From contig DAOWAS010000003.1 of the NCBI GenBank assembly GCA_030634465.1, forward strand, positions 1 to 43,817: a stretch of DNA of 43,817 nucleotides. The letters are read 5' to 3'. How positions within the stretch are numbered: the stretch's first letter is position 1; every line of letters starts with the position of its first letter. The notes under the pieces are model-generated. The model was not told where the DNA came from. It made no database searches and saw only the letters and a list, made by a program, of their open reading frames with translations. Below are positions 9,189 to 19,933 of this stretch, in pieces. Source of the DNA: Alphaproteobacteria bacterium. Lineage in GTDB: Bacteria; Pseudomonadota; Alphaproteobacteria; Sphingomonadales; SMXR01. The translations under genes were made by a program, and so were the position numbers.

Positions 9189-9908
9189 ATGACCAAAGTT
9201 TTTGAAAACCCTGTTTTTTGTGCACTGGACACACCTAGTGTTGATGCTGCTCTTGACCAAGCACAGCGCCTAAATGGCACAATTGGTGGCATTAAGCTGG
9301 GCTTGGAGTTTTTCCTAGCAAACGGCCCCGCGGCAATTAAACAAATGTCAGGTGCTGGCTTGCCTGTTTTTCTCGATTTAAAATTGCACGACATTCCAAA
9401 CACCGTGGCGGGTGCGGTACGCTCGCTCGCACCTTTGGGGGTGGATATTTTAACCATTCACACCCAAGGTGGTGCGGGCATGATGCGCGCCGCAGTGGAT
9501 AGCGCACACGATGAAGCCGCCAAGCTAGGCTTAACCCCACCTAAAATTATTGGTGTAACAATCCTAACCAGTTTAGATGGTGGCGATCTGTCAGGTATGG
9601 GTGTTAAGCACTCGGTTGAGGAACAGGTTTTAAACTTGGCATCACTAGCCAAGGAAAGCGGCTTGGACGGTGTGGTTTGCTCACCCTTAGAAATTAGCGC
9701 CATTCGCAGGGACATTGGCGATGACCTGATGCTTATTGTGCCGGGCATTAGGCCCGCAGGGGCGGTTGTTGGCGACCAAAAGCGTGTTATGAACCCAAGC
9801 GAGGCTGTAGCGGCTGGTGCTAATATATTGGTTATTGGCAGGCCCATAACTCAGGCCGATAATATCAGGAATGCGGCTCAGGATATTAAATCTAGTTTAG
9901 GTTTATAG
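9189..9908 (+). CDS. pyrF: Orotidine-5'-phosphate decarboxylase
   Basis: ALD, IKLG, FLDLKLHDIPNT, PGIRP, DQKR, IGRPI motifs. Confidence 0.97.
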   Translation: MTKVFENPVFCALDTPSVDAALDQAQRLNGTIGGIKLGLEFFLANGPAAIKQMSGAGLPVFLDLKLHDIPNTVAGAVRSLAPLGVDILTIHTQGGAGMMRAAVDSAHDEAAKLGLTPPKIIGVTILTSLDGGDLSGMGVKHSVEEQVLNLASLAKESGLDGVVCSPLEISAIRRDIGDDLMLIVPGIRPAGAVVGDQKRVMNPSEAVAAGANILVIGRPITQADNIRNAAQDIKSSLGL

Positions 9909-10015
9909 AGATAAATATTTAATATTTTTTATTATAGCTTTGTCTTTGCTTGATGGCATAAGATAGCTATGAAATGAAGCTTGATGGTTATCATGTTTAA
10001 TAAAGGATATGCCCG

Positions 10016-10897
10016 ATGAACTGGCTTACTAATTATGTAAAACCTAAATTAGAATCTGTGCTTAACAGAAAAAAAGATACGCCAGATAACCTTTGGCACA
10101 AGTGTAAAGGTTGCGGACAGCTTATTTTCGCCAAGGAATTTAAAACCGCACTTTATGTTTGTTCAAACTGCGAACACCACGAACGTGTTAGACCGCAAGA
10201 CCGCTTTGAGCAATTGTTCGATGGTGCCAAGTTCTCAGTTCTGCCCATTAAAACTGGCCATGATGACCCTTTAAAATTTAAAGATCAGAAAAAATATACT
10301 GACCGCCTGCGGGATAGCCGTAAAAAAACTGGCGATGAAGATGCCATGATTGTGGCTCACGGTTTGTTGGGTGGCTATAACGCAGTTGTTGCGGCACAAA
10401 ACTTTTTCTTCATGGGTGGCTCAATGGGTGTTTCCGTTGGCAATAGCTTTCTCGATGGCGCTCGCAAGGCTGTTGAGCTAGGCGCGCCCTTAATTGCCAT
10501 ATCATCAGCAGGTGGCGCACGTATGCAAGAGGGCATCTTGTCCCTAATGCAAATGCCCCGCACCACTGTGGGTGTGCAAATGCTGCGTGAGGCGGGCTTG
10601 CCATATATCGTAATTTTGGCTGACCCCACAACTGGTGGTGTTACAGCATCGTTTGCCATGTTGGGCGATGTTCAAATAGCTGAACCCGGTGCTTTAATTG
10701 GTTTTGCAGGCGCAAGGGTTATTGAAGACACCATTAGAGAAAAACTGCCAGAAGGCTTCCAACGTTCGGAATACCTGTACGAACACGGCATGCTGGACAT
10801 GGTTGTGCATAGAAAAGAGCTACGAGACGAGCTTATTAAAATTATTGCTTTGCTAACCCATGACGGTGAACGTCATGGCAATAATAATGCCGCATAA
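10016..10897 (+). CDS. accD: Acetyl-CoA carboxylase carboxyltransferase beta subunit
   Basis: LWHKC..C...C..C zinc finger, FMGGSMG, GGARMQEG, PTTGGVTASF. Confidence 0.97.
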   Translation: MNWLTNYVKPKLESVLNRKKDTPDNLWHKCKGCGQLIFAKEFKTALYVCSNCEHHERVRPQDRFEQLFDGAKFSVLPIKTGHDDPLKFKDQKKYTDRLRDSRKKTGDEDAMIVAHGLLGGYNAVVAAQNFFFMGGSMGVSVGNSFLDGARKAVELGAPLIAISSAGGARMQEGILSLMQMPRTTVGVQMLREAGLPYIVILADPTTGGVTASFAMLGDVQIAEPGALIGFAGARVIEDTIREKLPEGFQRSEYLYEHGMLDMVVHRKELRDELIKIIALLTHDGERHGNNNAA

Positions 10898-10915
10898 GCA
10901 TAGAGGAGTGGTTGC

Positions 10916-12256
10916 TTGACAGGCTCGTCATCAAAAGATTTAACTCCCATAGAAGAGATATTAAAGCGTGTGCTGGAGTTCCATCCACGCAAAATTGACC
11001 TTTCGCTTGACCGTATTTTACACCTGTTAGAAAAACTAGGCGACCCCCATAAACATCTGCCCCCTGTTATTCACATAGCAGGAACAAATGGCAAAGGTTC
11101 GGTTGTTGCCATGACCCGCGCCATGTTAGAGGCCGCAGGTTACCGTGTTCATGTATATACATCTCCGCATTTAGTTCGTTTTAACGAGCGCATAAGGCTG
11201 GCAGGACAGCTAATTGATGATGAGGATTTAAAAGATCTTTTAGAGCATTGCGAAAAAATAAATGATGGCGACGAAGTAACCTTTTTCGAGTTTATTACCG
11301 CTTGTGCTTTTTATGCATTTTCAACCGTGCCTGCTGATGTGGTTATTGTTGAGGTGGGTTTGGGCGGCAGGCTGGATGCTACAAATGTTATCGACAAGCC
11401 GTTGGTTTCAGCCATAACCCCCATTCACCTTGACCATCAGGTTTTTTTAGGGCGCACCTTGTCGCAAATTGCTACTGAAAAGGCAGGAATTATAAAAAAA
11501 GGCCAACCAGTTGTTTGCGCCCCGCAACCTGTTGCTGTGCAGGCCATTATTGCCCAAGCCGCAAAGTCGAGAGAAGCCCCTCTACTGTCATTTGGTCGTG
11601 ACTGGCATGTTGAGATATCACCAACAAATGCAGATGAGATTATCTATGAAGATAATATGGGGCAGTTAAACTTGCCGTTGCCATCATTAAACGGTGACCA
11701 TCAAATTAGAAATGCAGGTCAGGCCATTGCTATTTTACGCCACCAAAATGTGTTTAATGTGCCAAGTGCGGCCATAAAAGCTGGTCTGGACTGGGTTCGT
11801 TGGCCGGCAAGGTTACAATGTTTGGACGATACAGCTTTTGGTAATTTACTGCCAAGTGGCTCATCTGTTTGGCTAGATGGCGGCCACAACCCCGCCGCGG
11901 CACGAACCTTGAAAGCATTTTTCCGTGATTTAGATACTCAGGCATCGCCATTTTATATGGTTATTGGCATGTTGGCGGGCAAAGACGCACATCGTTTCAT
12001 TAAGCCATTTTGTGCGTTAGCTAAGGGCGTTATTGCAGTGCCCATTCAGGACCAGAAAAAATCTCGCCCCCCTGCGGAAATTGCCGCAGAGGCAAGCGCC
12101 CTTGGGGTGTCAGGTAAAATTGCTCGTGATGTGCCAGCGGCCTTGCGGGCAATAGCAAAAGAAAGTGACGATGCTAAACCGCCAACAGTACTTATCACAG
12201 GCTCGCTTTATTTAGCGGGCGAGGTGCTAAAACAAATAGGCGAACCGCTAAACTAA
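10916..12256 (+). CDS. folC: Folylpolyglutamate synthase / dihydrofolate synthase
   Basis: HIAGTNGKGS, YTSPHL, EVGLGGRLDATN, WPARL, DGGHN, GSLYLAG. Confidence 0.96.
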   Translation: MTGSSSKDLTPIEEILKRVLEFHPRKIDLSLDRILHLLEKLGDPHKHLPPVIHIAGTNGKGSVVAMTRAMLEAAGYRVHVYTSPHLVRFNERIRLAGQLIDDEDLKDLLEHCEKINDGDEVTFFEFITACAFYAFSTVPADVVIVEVGLGGRLDATNVIDKPLVSAITPIHLDHQVFLGRTLSQIATEKAGIIKKGQPVVCAPQPVAVQAIIAQAAKSREAPLLSFGRDWHVEISPTNADEIIYEDNMGQLNLPLPSLNGDHQIRNAGQAIAILRHQNVFNVPSAAIKAGLDWVRWPARLQCLDDTAFGNLLPSGSSVWLDGGHNPAAARTLKAFFRDLDTQASPFYMVIGMLAGKDAHRFIKPFCALAKGVIAVPIQDQKKSRPPAEIAAEASALGVSGKIARDVPAALRAIAKESDDAKPPTVLITGSLYLAGEVLKQIGEPLN

Positions 12257-12262
12257 TAGCGC

Positions 12263-12583
12263 CTAAGCTAGTGAGCTGTTAATCCAGTCGATAATGGCAT
12301 TTTTAGGCAATGCGCCAACTTTAGTTGAAACAACCTCACCATTTTTGAAAAGAACCATGGTTGGAATGCCGCGCACACCAAACTGCGATGGTGTCATTGG
12401 GTTTTCATCAATATTAATTTTAGAAATGCTAACGTTGGGTAGTTCGTTGGAAATTTCCTCCAGCGAAGGGGCTATTTGTAAACATGGCCCACACCATTCT
12501 GCCCAAAAATCCAAAACAACTGGTTTGTCTGATTGTAAAACGTCTGTGTCGAATGTTGCATCTGTAATTTTGTTGGTTGCCAT
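12263..12583 (-). CDS. trxA: Thioredoxin
   Basis: [14 protein letters not shown]; follows addA as is usual in alphaproteobacteria. Confidence 0.96.
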   Translation of the reverse strand: MATNKITDATFDTDVLQSDKPVVLDFWAEWCGPCLQIAPSLEEISNELPNVSISKINIDENPMTPSQFGVRGIPTMVLFKNGEVVSTKVGALPKNAIIDWINSSLA

Positions 12584-12670
12584 TTTGAATACCTTTTCTA
12601 AAATTTAATTACCAATATACTTAAGACTGACACAGGTGGTCGTCAAGGTGGCATGGTTATAGAATTCGCT

Positions 12671-15600
12671 TTATTGAAGATGTTTTTTAAGCAGCTCTTC
12701 AGGCAATGGCATTAAACGGGCATCTTCGGTCCACAATAATGCAGATTTTATTTTTTTGTCAGGGTAAATTTTTGCTACTAGTTCGCGGTATAATGCCATT
12801 TGGCGTAAATAACTTGCAGGCACTTTCTCCACTTCACTTGGTGGTGGTCGGTTGGTTTTATAGTCAACGATAAGCACCTCTTGCTCGGTTACTTTCAGGC
12901 GGTCAATTTGGGCGCTAATAATATTTTCACCAATTATGCCCGTTAGCGAAACCTCGCCTCTGCTGTCTGGTTCAAATATAGGGGCAAATTCTTGGTGGTT
13001 TAAAACCAGTTCTGTTTTTTGCCATATGTCATCGGCGCTTTCATTTTCAAGCTGGTGCGCTGGCTTATTTAAATATTCCAACGCCGCCGCTTTTCTTTTG
13101 TTTTTTGGCAATGGGGGTAAAATTTCCAATAGTTTATGAATTAAATTCCCTCGCAAAAAGCGCGATACTTTATCACCACCAAGCTTGCTTGTTGGGCTTG
13201 ATGCAGGCTCAACCTCATCACCATCAGACGACGGTGTTAATGGGCGTTTTAGGGGGCTTGTGTCTGTGTCAGGCGGGGTTAGTGCCCAAGGCGGCAGGTG
13301 AACATCTAGCGTGCCGCTTGTTTTTTCCTCCGCCGTGGCTTCTACAGTTTTTTCCTGCTCGCTTGAATATCTGTAAATAATTTCATCATGGCCGTATTTG
13401 TTTTGGCTAATTTCTTCTACACCATCAAGCTCGCCCATCCCTTGCTCTATAAGGTTATACCAACAGCCATCAGGTCTGGTTCGGTTGGTTTCCCAACCAC
13501 ATACATAAAGCCTGTCTTCTGCTCTGGTCATGGCAACATATAAAAGACGGCGATGCTCGGTTTCTTGTTTTTCTTTTTGTTGTGTCTGCGCTTCATCTAA
13601 AACGCCAACCTCAAGCTCTTTTGCGCCAGACCAAAAAAGCAGGTCAGATTTTTGCCGGACAGTATCTTTTGCGCCATCCTTTGTGGCACCTTTTGCGGTA
13701 ATGGCATCTTTTACTTTTAACAGCTTTTCACTGCTATTTTGTGGCACTTGGCAGGTGTCGGCTAAAAACACAATTGGTGCTTCCAAACCCTTGGCGCTAT
13801 GCACTGTTAAAATGCGCACCTCATTGCGGCCCAAGTCCATGTCACGTTTTAACTCGCTGTCGTCTTTACTCATCCAATGGACAAAACCCTGCAAACTGGG
13901 TTTGTGCAAATGTTCATATTGCAGGGTCAGGGACAACAGCTCGTCTATGGCATCGCCCGCATCAAAACCCAAGCGGGCAATAATTTTCTTTCTGCCGCCT
14001 TGGTTCAGGGCTTTTGAAAAAAACTGAAACGGCGTGCCAAAATCAGCCTCAGCCAAGACTTTTGCTAAAAATTCGTAAGCTTTAGTGTAATTGCCGTCAG
14101 TTTTTTTGCCCGCCAATACCTGCCACAAGCTTTTATCATTACGCTCATTAGCAAGGGCGAACAGCTCTTCTTCGCTTAACCCAACCAAGGGGCTTTTTAA
14201 TAATATTGCCAAGTTCAAATTGTCGTCAGGCAGTAGGGCAAAACCCGCTAAGCTCATCAAATCCATAACTGCGAGCTGTTCGGTTATAACCATGCGGTCA
14301 CTACCCGCAACATCAATGCCGCGGTATTTAAGGGCGCGAATAAGGTGGTTGTTAAAATCTTTTCTGCGGCGCACCAGAACCATAATGTCGCTTGCCATTA
14401 TGGGGCGCGCTTTTGAGGTTAATATTTCACCCCCCAAAATCATCTCTTTAATTTTATCGGCAATGCGAATGGCAAGGTGGCCTTCGGCTGTTTGGCTACG
14501 TTGTTGTTCGGTTGGGCTTTCCCAACTTTCTGGCGAAATCTTTTCGTCTGGCTCGGTGGGCGGCCACAGCTCAACCAACCCGGCATCCCTGTCCCTAAAT
14601 GTTTCGTGGGTAATTTCCTCATTTTCAGGGGTTAGGTTAGTGCCAGCAATTTGCGGTGTGAACACCTTGTCCGTCAGGTTTAAAACTGGTTTGGTTGAGC
14701 GAAACGACTTGTGCAGCCCCACGGGTTGAAAGCTAAAGTTTGCATTTTCAATTCTGGTTTTAATGCGGTCTTTTGCCAGTTTAAAGGCCAAGGGGTCAGC
14801 ACCCTGAAAGCTGAAAATTGACTGTTTGGCATCACCCACAGCAAAAACACTTCTTAGCTTTTCATCGGCTCTGGCACTGGCAAAAAACTCTTCGCTAAGG
14901 GTTTCAACCATGCTCCACTGCTCGGGGTTTGTGTCTTGGGCTTCATCAACCAAAATGTGGTCTATGCCGCCATCTAGCTTATACAGCACCCACGGGGCGA
15001 TGTGTGGTTGGGACAATAATTGATCAGTTTTAAAAATCAGATCATCATAATCCATCAGGCTTTGTCGGCGCTTATTATGGCTAAATCTGGTGATAATGGC
15101 ATCTGACAACCGCAGAATTGCCTTGGTGTTCCCAAATGCCTCAATTTTTTTCAAACCACTATCAAGCTTAAGCAACCACGCTGTATATTCTTCTATTAGC
15201 TCTGCGATGTCGGGGTGCTTTTCTAACAGGGTTTTGGTTGGGTATTTTTTAGCAGGCTCCAGTTTTTTTGTTAGAACCACCGCAAACAGTTCGGGTAGGG
15301 CGGTAACTCTGGTTTTTTCACTGGCAGTAAAGTTAGAAATTGCCTGGCTATAATCCTTCTCAATCTTTGAGCCATCTGCAAACATCTCAGCCAATTGTTT
15401 TAGTAATGGCAGGTTAATGGCGTCATCGCCTAGGTTGGCAGATAAAAAGCTGTCTTTGTTGGGGTTTTTGGGTAGCCCAAGCGCACCCGCGCAAGCATCG
15501 ATTAGATTATCAATGCTACCATGTGACGCCAACAATTGTTTGAAGTGCTTTCGTTCGCCTGAAATGGCTTTTAGCAGTTTCAGGAACTGTTCTTCGTTTT

Positions 15601-16156
15601 TTCTAATTGCTATGCGTTCAATTGCCTCTAGCAAGTTTTTGTCTTTGTTTTTTTGCGCTTCGCTTAACACTTCATCTCTGGCAATTAGCAAAAATTCGTC
15701 CGTGGTGCGTTCGTCCATTACCTGAAAGTGTGGGGTTAGCGATGCCTCGGCAGGAAAACGCCCCAACAGCGACTGGCAAAACGAATGTATGGTTTGAATG
15801 TTCATGCCGCCTGGCACATCCAACACTTGGGCAAATAACCCCCTAGCATGGCGTAGCATGTCTTGGTCTGGTTTTTCGTTGGTGCGTTTTGAAATTTCAA
15901 TGCTTAGGTCATGGTCGTTCATGCCTGTCCATTTGCCGAGCTCTTTAAAAATTCGGTTTTTCATTATGTTGGCGGCGGCTTTTGTATATGTCAGGCATAA
16001 AATTTTGTTGGGTGCGGTGCCGCGCACCAGCAGGCGCAGCACTCTGGCGGTTAGGACGTGGGTTTTGCCCGTGCCAGCCGATGCCGTAACCCAAACGCTG
16101 TCGGTTGGGTTGGTTGCCATAACTTGTTGTTTGGTCATGCTAAGGGTTTTGCTCAT
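12671..16156 (-). CDS. addA: Double-strand break repair helicase/nuclease AddA
   Basis: ASAGTGKT, LVDEAQD, VGD.KQSIFSFQGA, TVHSAKGLE, LLYVAMTRA, and nuclease IDRL...IVDYKT. Confidence 0.96.
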   Translation of the reverse strand: MSKTLSMTKQQVMATNPTDSVWVTASAGTGKTHVLTARVLRLLVRGTAPNKILCLTYTKAAANIMKNRIFKELGKWTGMNDHDLSIEISKRTNEKPDQDMLRHARGLFAQVLDVPGGMNIQTIHSFCQSLLGRFPAEASLTPHFQVMDERTTDEFLLIARDEVLSEAQKNKDKNLLEAIERIAIRKNEEQFLKLLKAISGERKHFKQLLASHGSIDNLIDACAGALGLPKNPNKDSFLSANLGDDAINLPLLKQLAEMFADGSKIEKDYSQAISNFTASEKTRVTALPELFAVVLTKKLEPAKKYPTKTLLEKHPDIAELIEEYTAWLLKLDSGLKKIEAFGNTKAILRLSDAIITRFSHNKRRQSLMDYDDLIFKTDQLLSQPHIAPWVLYKLDGGIDHILVDEAQDTNPEQWSMVETLSEEFFASARADEKLRSVFAVGDAKQSIFSFQGADPLAFKLAKDRIKTRIENANFSFQPVGLHKSFRSTKPVLNLTDKVFTPQIAGTNLTPENEEITHETFRDRDAGLVELWPPTEPDEKISPESWESPTEQQRSQTAEGHLAIRIADKIKEMILGGEILTSKARPIMASDIMVLVRRRKDFNNHLIRALKYRGIDVAGSDRMVITEQLAVMDLMSLAGFALLPDDNLNLAILLKSPLVGLSEEELFALANERNDKSLWQVLAGKKTDGNYTKAYEFLAKVLAEADFGTPFQFFSKALNQGGRKKIIARLGFDAGDAIDELLSLTLQYEHLHKPSLQGFVHWMSKDDSELKRDMDLGRNEVRILTVHSAKGLEAPIVFLADTCQVPQNSSEKLLKVKDAITAKGATKDGAKDTVRQKSDLLFWSGAKELEVGVLDEAQTQQKEKQETEHRRLLYVAMTRAEDRLYVCGWETNRTRPDGCWYNLIEQGMGELDGVEEISQNKYGHDEIIYRYSSEQEKTVEATAEEKTSGTLDVHLPPWALTPPDTDTSPLKRPLTPSSDGDEVEPASSPTSKLGGDKVSRFLRGNLIHKLLEILPPLPKNKRKAAALEYLNKPAHQLENESADDIWQKTELVLNHQEFAPIFEPDSRGEVSLTGIIGENIISAQIDRLKVTEQEVLIVDYKTNRPPPSEVEKVPASYLRQMALYRELVAKIYPDKKIKSALLWTEDARLMPLPEELLKKHLQ

Positions 16157-19100
16157 TCTGCATCCCCCTTGCTATCGCTACTCTGTTCTTCGTTTTGCCA
16201 TTCTTTAACTCTGGCTAAATGGTCGTAAGTGCCATAACCCACCTCAATTGGGCGGGGCTTGGACAGGTACGGTGTTTTAACATTTTGAAAATCCACATAT
16301 AGCGATTTTAAGCCCGCTTCGGTGCGCTCTATTTCTTCACCTGTATCCAAACCTTTCAAGGTTTTAATTGCCACTGGCGGCGTGCCGCCACTTATTATCC
16401 AATATGCAAATTGCCCCACATTTGTTTGGCTAATGTTTTCTAACCCACCATTTTCAGCCATTAGGCCAAGCATGGGTAATTGGGGTTTAAAGCCCGCTAT
16501 TATTTGTTTTTTAGATGGTTCTTTGCCTGTTTTGTAATCAATAATTTCTAAGGTTTGATCGGCAACATTCAGGTCAATGCGGTCAGCTTTACCGTAAATT
16601 TTAAAAATGCCTGCGGTGGTTTCAATATCTGCATTGCCCCACACTTCATTGCCAATTGTTTGGTAGTTATCATTTCTTGCAATTTGTTCGCCAATAAATG
16701 CCTCAGCCGCCTTAACAAACCGTGGCCACCAAAAAGAGTAAACAGATGACTGGGGTAAAAATTTATCAAACGCTTTTTTGCCGTGGTCTAACAGTTCGTC
16801 AATGTCGCCCAGTTTAAAGTTACCAGTTTTGTCTTCCATAAATGTTTCTAGCGCTTCGTGAATAACCGTGCCTCGCAGGGCGGCATCGGGCTCGGCCTCA
16901 AGCTGGTCCAAGGGCGCAAGGTTTAGAATATATTGAGCATAAATAGAATAAGGGTCGCTCATCCAGTTTTGCACGGCGCTTACTGAAAACTTTTGCGGTC
17001 TGCTATCAACAGGCGGGGTTGGGCTAGGTGGTAATGTGGGGCAAACCTCACTTGGTCTGTCCAAAACCTGAAACCAGTTTAGCCACGGCTCGCTTTTTTG
17101 CGGGGTGGCGGCTAGGGCTTCCATACGCAATAACCAGCGGCTTGGCACCGTTGGTGCGCCTTCAGATTTTTCCGCACGGGTTAATATTACGGTTTCGCCA
17201 CCACAAGCACCCAAAAAGTCTAAGGCCGACTGACCAATGCGCTTTTCTGATGGCGAAAGCTTCATTTTTGTTTTCATGGGGCGGCTCATCCACGGGTCGT
17301 CCATAACTTGCGGCGGCCACGAACCTTCGTTCAGGCCGCTTAAAATCATGACGTCAGCGTGCTTCAGGCGTGCTTCTAAGGTTCCCCAAATTGAAATTCT
17401 AGGGTGGGTGCCGTAACTTTTGGTAATGTTGCGCCCACCAAGCAGGGCATCTAGCAATGCAGGGGCTTGCTCAGGTGTCATGCTATCCACATGTTTGCTG
17501 GCATCTAACAGTTCTGAAAAAAAGCTGGAAAGTGCATTACCATCATGTCCAGCCCATAAAACTTCCTCACCTTTTTTGTCGGGTTGGGCGGCAAGGCCTT
17601 GGGCGCAATCGATTAGGTTTTCTATAAATTCATTGAAGCTTATTTGTTCCTCGTGAAACAAATTTGCCAGCGGTTGCAGGGTTTTTTTCAGGCCTTTAAC
17701 AAAGTTTATAATGTCTTTGGCTATGGTTTTTTTTCTACTGTCTTTTTTTCTGGCGTCAATATTATGAGCCTCAATAGCAGATAAAATGCCTGAAAAGCCT
17801 GCGGCGGGCTTTTGTCCACGTAATATTTTGCTTTCTAACTGGCGGGTTAGGGTCAGCAGTTCCATTCTAGTCATGCCATTGCAGGCAAATGGGTGCTTTA
17901 ACAAGCTAAGCAATGCCACGGGTGAAAACCTGTGTGCGGTGGCTTCAGCCAACAGGCGAATGAAGGTGGCAGGTGGGCTGGTGGCAAGCGGTGTACCTGC
18001 ACTGTCATCAACCTCTATGCCCCAACGGGCAAGTTCAGCCCCAACCCTGTTGGCTAGGGTTCGGTCTGGTGTAACCAAGGCAACGGTTTTGCCCTCATCT
18101 TCCAATGTTTGGCGCATAATAAGGGCAACAACGCCTGCTTCTTCTCTGGGCGAGGGGCATTTCACATAACTCATATTGTGGAAATATGAGTTAACATCAA
18201 ATTTCAGGTCAAGCCAGTGTGGAACTGTTTCTGCGGGTCTTAGTGCCTCTTTTAAAAAACGAACGCGCTCATTTGATGCTTCGGTTTTGTCGGCAGTTTT
18301 TAGGGCAAAAGGCCACGGGTTAATCTCATGCCTGTTTATTTGCATCATGTGCAGCAGTTTGTGCATTATGTGCTGTGGGTGGGTTGGGCTATTTGCTATG
18401 GCATCCCATGTTTCATCATCCAAACCAACATCAAGTGCGGGTAGTATAACTGCGCCTAGTGGCTGGTTGGCAATTGCCCGCAACAGTTTGGCGGTAGAGG
18501 GGTTACTACCCGTACTACCTGCGGCAATTATGGGCTTGGCACTTGGGTTATTAGCTAAGTGTTCAGTTAGCAGGTTTATTTGGTGGTTGCGGAACGTTAC
18601 GGGGTCTGAAAAGCCACTTTCTTCAAGAATTTTAGGCCAATGCTCGCCAACTATCTCTAAAAACTGTAATACTTTTTGCCAATGCTCAGCCAGTTCTTCT
18701 GGTGCTAAATGCTCCAAATCGTCAAGAGAGCAGCTTTCGTTCTGTACTTGGTCTAAAAATTGGCAAAGGGTTTTTGCCAGTGCCACACCTTCTGCAGGGT
18801 TAATCTCACCCAAGCCCAGTTTTGGTGCCACCCGCAATATTTGCGTGGTTAAAAGTGTCTGGCGGGTAAGTTCAGGTATTGGCGGGTTTAGTTTTTCGTC
18901 ACCAATGGAATAAGCCCCTAAAAAACTGGACAGAACCTGTTCATCATCTGACAAATCGCCAATGGCGATTAAGCTAGGTAGCAATGTTGGCTTGCCGCCT
19001 GTTTCTCTAAGAATGCTTTTGCTTAGTTCACGAACCGAGCGGCGGTTGGGCAAATAAACTGTAAGGTCAGCAAGTTCAAGCGGGTTATGGGCAAACAGTT

Positions 19101-19191
19101 CTAAAATGGCACTGGCTAGCTCATCTACAAAAGAAACATTGTGAGGAAGTGTATATAGTGTTGGGCTATTGGCGCTAAAAAAACCAGCCAT
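16153..19191 (-). CDS. addB: Double-strand break repair protein AddB
   Basis: YLPNRR, AAGSTGS, ALVTPDR.LA, PSRWLLR, GKADRID...IIDYKTG, YDHLARVKEW; overlaps the addA start. Confidence 0.95.
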   Translation of the reverse strand: MAGFFSANSPTLYTLPHNVSFVDELASAILELFAHNPLELADLTVYLPNRRSVRELSKSILRETGGKPTLLPSLIAIGDLSDDEQVLSSFLGAYSIGDEKLNPPIPELTRQTLLTTQILRVAPKLGLGEINPAEGVALAKTLCQFLDQVQNESCSLDDLEHLAPEELAEHWQKVLQFLEIVGEHWPKILEESGFSDPVTFRNHQINLLTEHLANNPSAKPIIAAGSTGSNPSTAKLLRAIANQPLGAVILPALDVGLDDETWDAIANSPTHPQHIMHKLLHMMQINRHEINPWPFALKTADKTEASNERVRFLKEALRPAETVPHWLDLKFDVNSYFHNMSYVKCPSPREEAGVVALIMRQTLEDEGKTVALVTPDRTLANRVGAELARWGIEVDDSAGTPLATSPPATFIRLLAEATAHRFSPVALLSLLKHPFACNGMTRMELLTLTRQLESKILRGQKPAAGFSGILSAIEAHNIDARKKDSRKKTIAKDIINFVKGLKKTLQPLANLFHEEQISFNEFIENLIDCAQGLAAQPDKKGEEVLWAGHDGNALSSFFSELLDASKHVDSMTPEQAPALLDALLGGRNITKSYGTHPRISIWGTLEARLKHADVMILSGLNEGSWPPQVMDDPWMSRPMKTKMKLSPSEKRIGQSALDFLGACGGETVILTRAEKSEGAPTVPSRWLLRMEALAATPQKSEPWLNWFQVLDRPSEVCPTLPPSPTPPVDSRPQKFSVSAVQNWMSDPYSIYAQYILNLAPLDQLEAEPDAALRGTVIHEALETFMEDKTGNFKLGDIDELLDHGKKAFDKFLPQSSVYSFWWPRFVKAAEAFIGEQIARNDNYQTIGNEVWGNADIETTAGIFKIYGKADRIDLNVADQTLEIIDYKTGKEPSKKQIIAGFKPQLPMLGLMAENGGLENISQTNVGQFAYWIISGGTPPVAIKTLKGLDTGEEIERTEAGLKSLYVDFQNVKTPYLSKPRPIEVGYGTYDHLARVKEWQNEEQSSDSKGDAE

Positions 19192-19218
19192 GCACTTACC
19201 CCCCCCTTTTTTTACTTA

Positions 19219-19932
19219 TTAGCTATAAAATTTTTCAGCCGCCGCAACTTCCAACCCTGAACCCACATGGTGCCACATGCCTTTGTGCGAAATGCCAAAA
19301 AGACGCCCATTTTCACTGGCTTTATCATACACTTTATTAAGTGAAAAAACTTCATCTGAAAACTCAGCCATAATTGCTGGGCTGATAATTTGAATTCCTG
19401 TGAAAACAAATGGTCTAACCTTGCCATCATCTGGTCTGGATAAAAAATTTGCCCTGTCTAAGCAAAAGTCACCTTGCCCTTGGTAGTTTGGAATATTTTT
19501 GCTGGGATATACCAACAGCAAGGCATCCATTTTTTCTGCATCCCAAAACTGCAGCATGTTGGTAAGGGTGTTGCTTGTTCCGTCGGTCCACAAGGCATCG
19601 CTGTTAATTACAAAAAACGGATCGTTACCCAAGTGTGGCAGGGCGTGTTTTACACCGCCTCCTGTTTCTAAAAGCATATCAGTTTCGTGTGAAAAAACTA
19701 TTTCTGGGCCGCCAGTTCGCAGTGCCAAGTGATCTTTTAGCTGGTCTGATTTGTGGTGCAGGTTAACCACCGCTTTGGATATACCTGCTTGTTCCAACTT
19801 GTTTAAAACCCTGTTTATTAGCGATACTCCGCTAACCTCAACCATTGGTTTTGGTACGTCTGAGGAAAAGCTTCTCATGCGTTTGCCCAAGCCTGCGGCC
19901 AGTACCATTGCTGTTTTTGCTTCTGTAGGCAT
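19219..19932 (-). CDS. murU: MurU-like nucleotidyltransferase
   Basis: AMVLAAGLGKRMR...PKPMV, LETGGG, INSD; adjacent to an amgK-like gene. Confidence 0.8.
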   Translation of the reverse strand: MPTEAKTAMVLAAGLGKRMRSFSSDVPKPMVEVSGVSLINRVLNKLEQAGISKAVVNLHHKSDQLKDHLALRTGGPEIVFSHETDMLLETGGGVKHALPHLGNDPFFVINSDALWTDGTSNTLTNMLQFWDAEKMDALLLVYPSKNIPNYQGQGDFCLDRANFLSRPDDGKVRPFVFTGIQIISPAIMAEFSDEVFSLNKVYDKASENGRLFGISHKGMWHHVGSGLEVAAAEKFYS

Positions 19933-19933
19933 T

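Noticed and set aside
12936-18913. Numerous plus-strand ORFs up to 245 aa inside addA/addB
   Set aside because: They are antisense frames of long genes and show no recognisable motifs.
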